This document shows, one piece after another, positions 62,121 to 64,000 of a stretch of 64,000 nt of DNA. Source of the DNA: Patellaria atrata CBS 101060 (taxonomy: Eukaryota); NCBI GenBank assembly GCA_010093705.1, contig MU006091.1:186001-250000 (forward strand), given 5' to 3'. Positions within the stretch are counted from its first letter, which is position 1. The number at the start of each line of letters is the position of its first letter. Made by a program: the position numbers and the translations under genes. The notes beneath the pieces are model-generated. The model did no database searches and was not told the DNA's origin. It saw nothing but the letters and a program-made list of their open reading frames with translations.

Positions 62121-63611
62121 CCCCCTTTTTTCCTATATTGTCTAAAGGGGTAGTCAGTTCGGTGTTGTGGGGTGTGTGTAGTGAGTGTCTCAATAGAAGT
62201 GGGCAAACGCCTTATATTCGGTTGTTTTAGTTATGTTAACGGGTTCCCTTTTAGGAGGAATGAAATAGATCCGCCCGAGATTGTGGTAGAACGGATTTCA
62301 TTTGTCAGGCAGACCAGAAGCAAATGATGGGTTTTTGGTCCTCATTAAAGAATATCCCGGGCCATAGAGGTAGGTAGCATCGAATCTAGAGTGAGTGATG
62401 AATATATCAAGTCAACGTATATCACTACATCCGATGTCTAGACTGTCTGTGACGGTAATCTCGGAACTCTAGTAAGAAAACAAATATATAATGTTCGTGG
62501 CCGTGGGAAGAAAAAGCTACGTGAGAATTAAGATGAGGTCATACAGAGCACGAAAGGAATTAGCACAATACTTTATCGAACAGAAGTCTTCAAGGAGGGA
62601 TCCCAGCTGAGGTATTTTTCGCTGTTTCTGTTACCATTTCCTTGTTCCTTGTTCCTTTAGAGAACAAGTTCCTCTGGCATCATACCTAAGACATATTCGC
62701 TCGATTCAGTTCCCTCATCCCATATACCCCATCAAATAGCGCAACCCACCTCTGAACCCTCTCCGTTTTCGCGTCGTCTAGTGTAGGGAGGTTCGTCGTG
62801 TTTCTCTCCAATGGGAAGTTTAATCATTGATGCAAGACTCTATCTGCCTAGCTTGGAAGGAAGGTTTAGGACTCTGTGCTCAAATAAAGGGGCCGCGGAA
62901 CCATAACTAGGATAGCCACCACGTCCTCGAAATGGTGTATCGTGCGGATTGAATTACCAAGACACTGGAGCGAAGGGCGGTTTCACTGTCAACATTAGTA
63001 CCGGGGTGTCTTCCGTAATCTTTATGCTCCTATTAGGTTACGTTCAGTTAAGCCTAGATCACAACACTCTCTGGCCCTATAGAGTCTGTAAGAAAGATAT
63101 ATTCGGCGTCCATCAGCCACGACAACGGTAGTCATCATTCCCTGTTTCCACTAGATGGCGGCTACAAGCGGATTCATATGGAAGATAAGTGACGAATGAG
63201 TTTGCTGCCAACACCGCTGGCCAATGATGGAAGATGATTGAGCGGGGAGAAATTGAGTAGTATGACAGGGATGGGAAAGTGAAGGCTAGTTTTAGTAATA
63301 AAATGGGTAAAGTATAAGAGTCACAAAGCAGTCAAAATCAGCAACCCAGGTCAGGAGCATGTAGAAGTTAAGAAGATGTATTTTACTTCACTAATGCAAG
63401 AGTGAAGAACTCTTTGATCAAATGAGAGAGCTGAATCCTTGAAGTCAGTGAAAGAAGACCCAGGGTTCAATGAGAAAGATGACTTCTGTTCTCCACAGCC
63501 ACTCCATGAAGAAAGCACTTTTCGTTGCAAAGATCACACCATCCAGCAACCTTTCCATCAAGAAAATCAACCTATCATAGGAGCCGTTGTAATTCGGAAA
63601 TCCACACGGCA

Positions 63612-64000
63612 TCAGAGCATGTTGCAAGCCCACTGACCAGCCCAAGGAAATCCACCATTGGGTTTGCCAGCATTGTCCGGGTTGGCACAGTAAGCGCATC
63701 CGATACGGCTGAGGCCCGGATTCTGCAAGGTGTCAGCATGGCCAGTAATACCACGAAGATCAATGTGGTAAATGTCTTGAACAACTGTGGTGCACCAGTT
63801 GACATTTTGACGTTCCTCATCACGAGTCAGCTGAATAGCCTCCCTCTCACACAGCCAGATGACGTAGGTAGCTTCGAAGGGGCTACCACCGTAGAGCCAG
63901 ACGGGCGAAAAGTCGGAGCCGGGGGTGATAACTTCATTGACATTGTTAATACCGGCCATGTGGTGAGATTGACCTTTGGCGCCACAGCGGTTGTAATCGA
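63612..64000 (-). CDS. C-terminal part of a probable CAP/SCP (PR-1-like) Cys-rich protein; 5' end outside the window
   Basis: Frame is open to the window edge; WLCE..C..GHADTLQNPGLSRIGCAY..QWAC resembles the CAP C-terminal motifs. Confidence 0.55.
   Translation of the reverse strand, partial: DYNRCGAKGQSHHMAGINNVNEVITPGSDFSPVWLYGGSPFEATYVIWLCEREAIQLTRDEERQNVNWCTTVVQDIYHIDLRGITGHADTLQNPGLSRIGCAYCANPDNAGKPNGGFPWAGQWACNML

Noticed and set aside
1..64000. CRISPR arrays, rRNA genes, intact transposons or a secondary-metabolite backbone gene
   Set aside because: No repeat-spacer array, rRNA sequence, transposase/RT/integrase or PKS/NRPS motif was seen.

Overview
Compact, intron-containing genomic DNA from a filamentous ascomycete (Pezizomycotina-type GT/GC-AG introns with CTAAC/CTGAC branch sites). 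About 28 genes or gene relics are visible. From about 24 to 59 kb the window is mostly housekeeping genes: Sid1-like kinase, TIM22, MRP7, UBC7, scramblase, SEN2, CBM1-GH131, HapX, PP1 inhibitor-2, class II eIF4E, Ulp2-like SUMO protease and bestrophin. From about 8 to 24 kb there is an accessory 'decay island' with four disabled genes: acyl-CoA dehydrogenase, GST split by a ~310-bp insertion, an MFS transporter and a kinase. An intact SDR and a Zn2Cys6 regulator with a GC-AG intron sit among them. The most unusual observations, none named by the ORF track, are: (1) a clean three-exon 72-aa microprotein gene divergent from the accessory kinase; (2) a tRNA-headed, Pol III-type structured element (A box, B box, two perfect hairpins, oligo-T) near 62 kb; (3) an orphan protein with RNA Pol II CTD-like heptads; (4) a structured, oversized TIM22 intron. 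All family calls come from motif recognition by eye; no searches were run.
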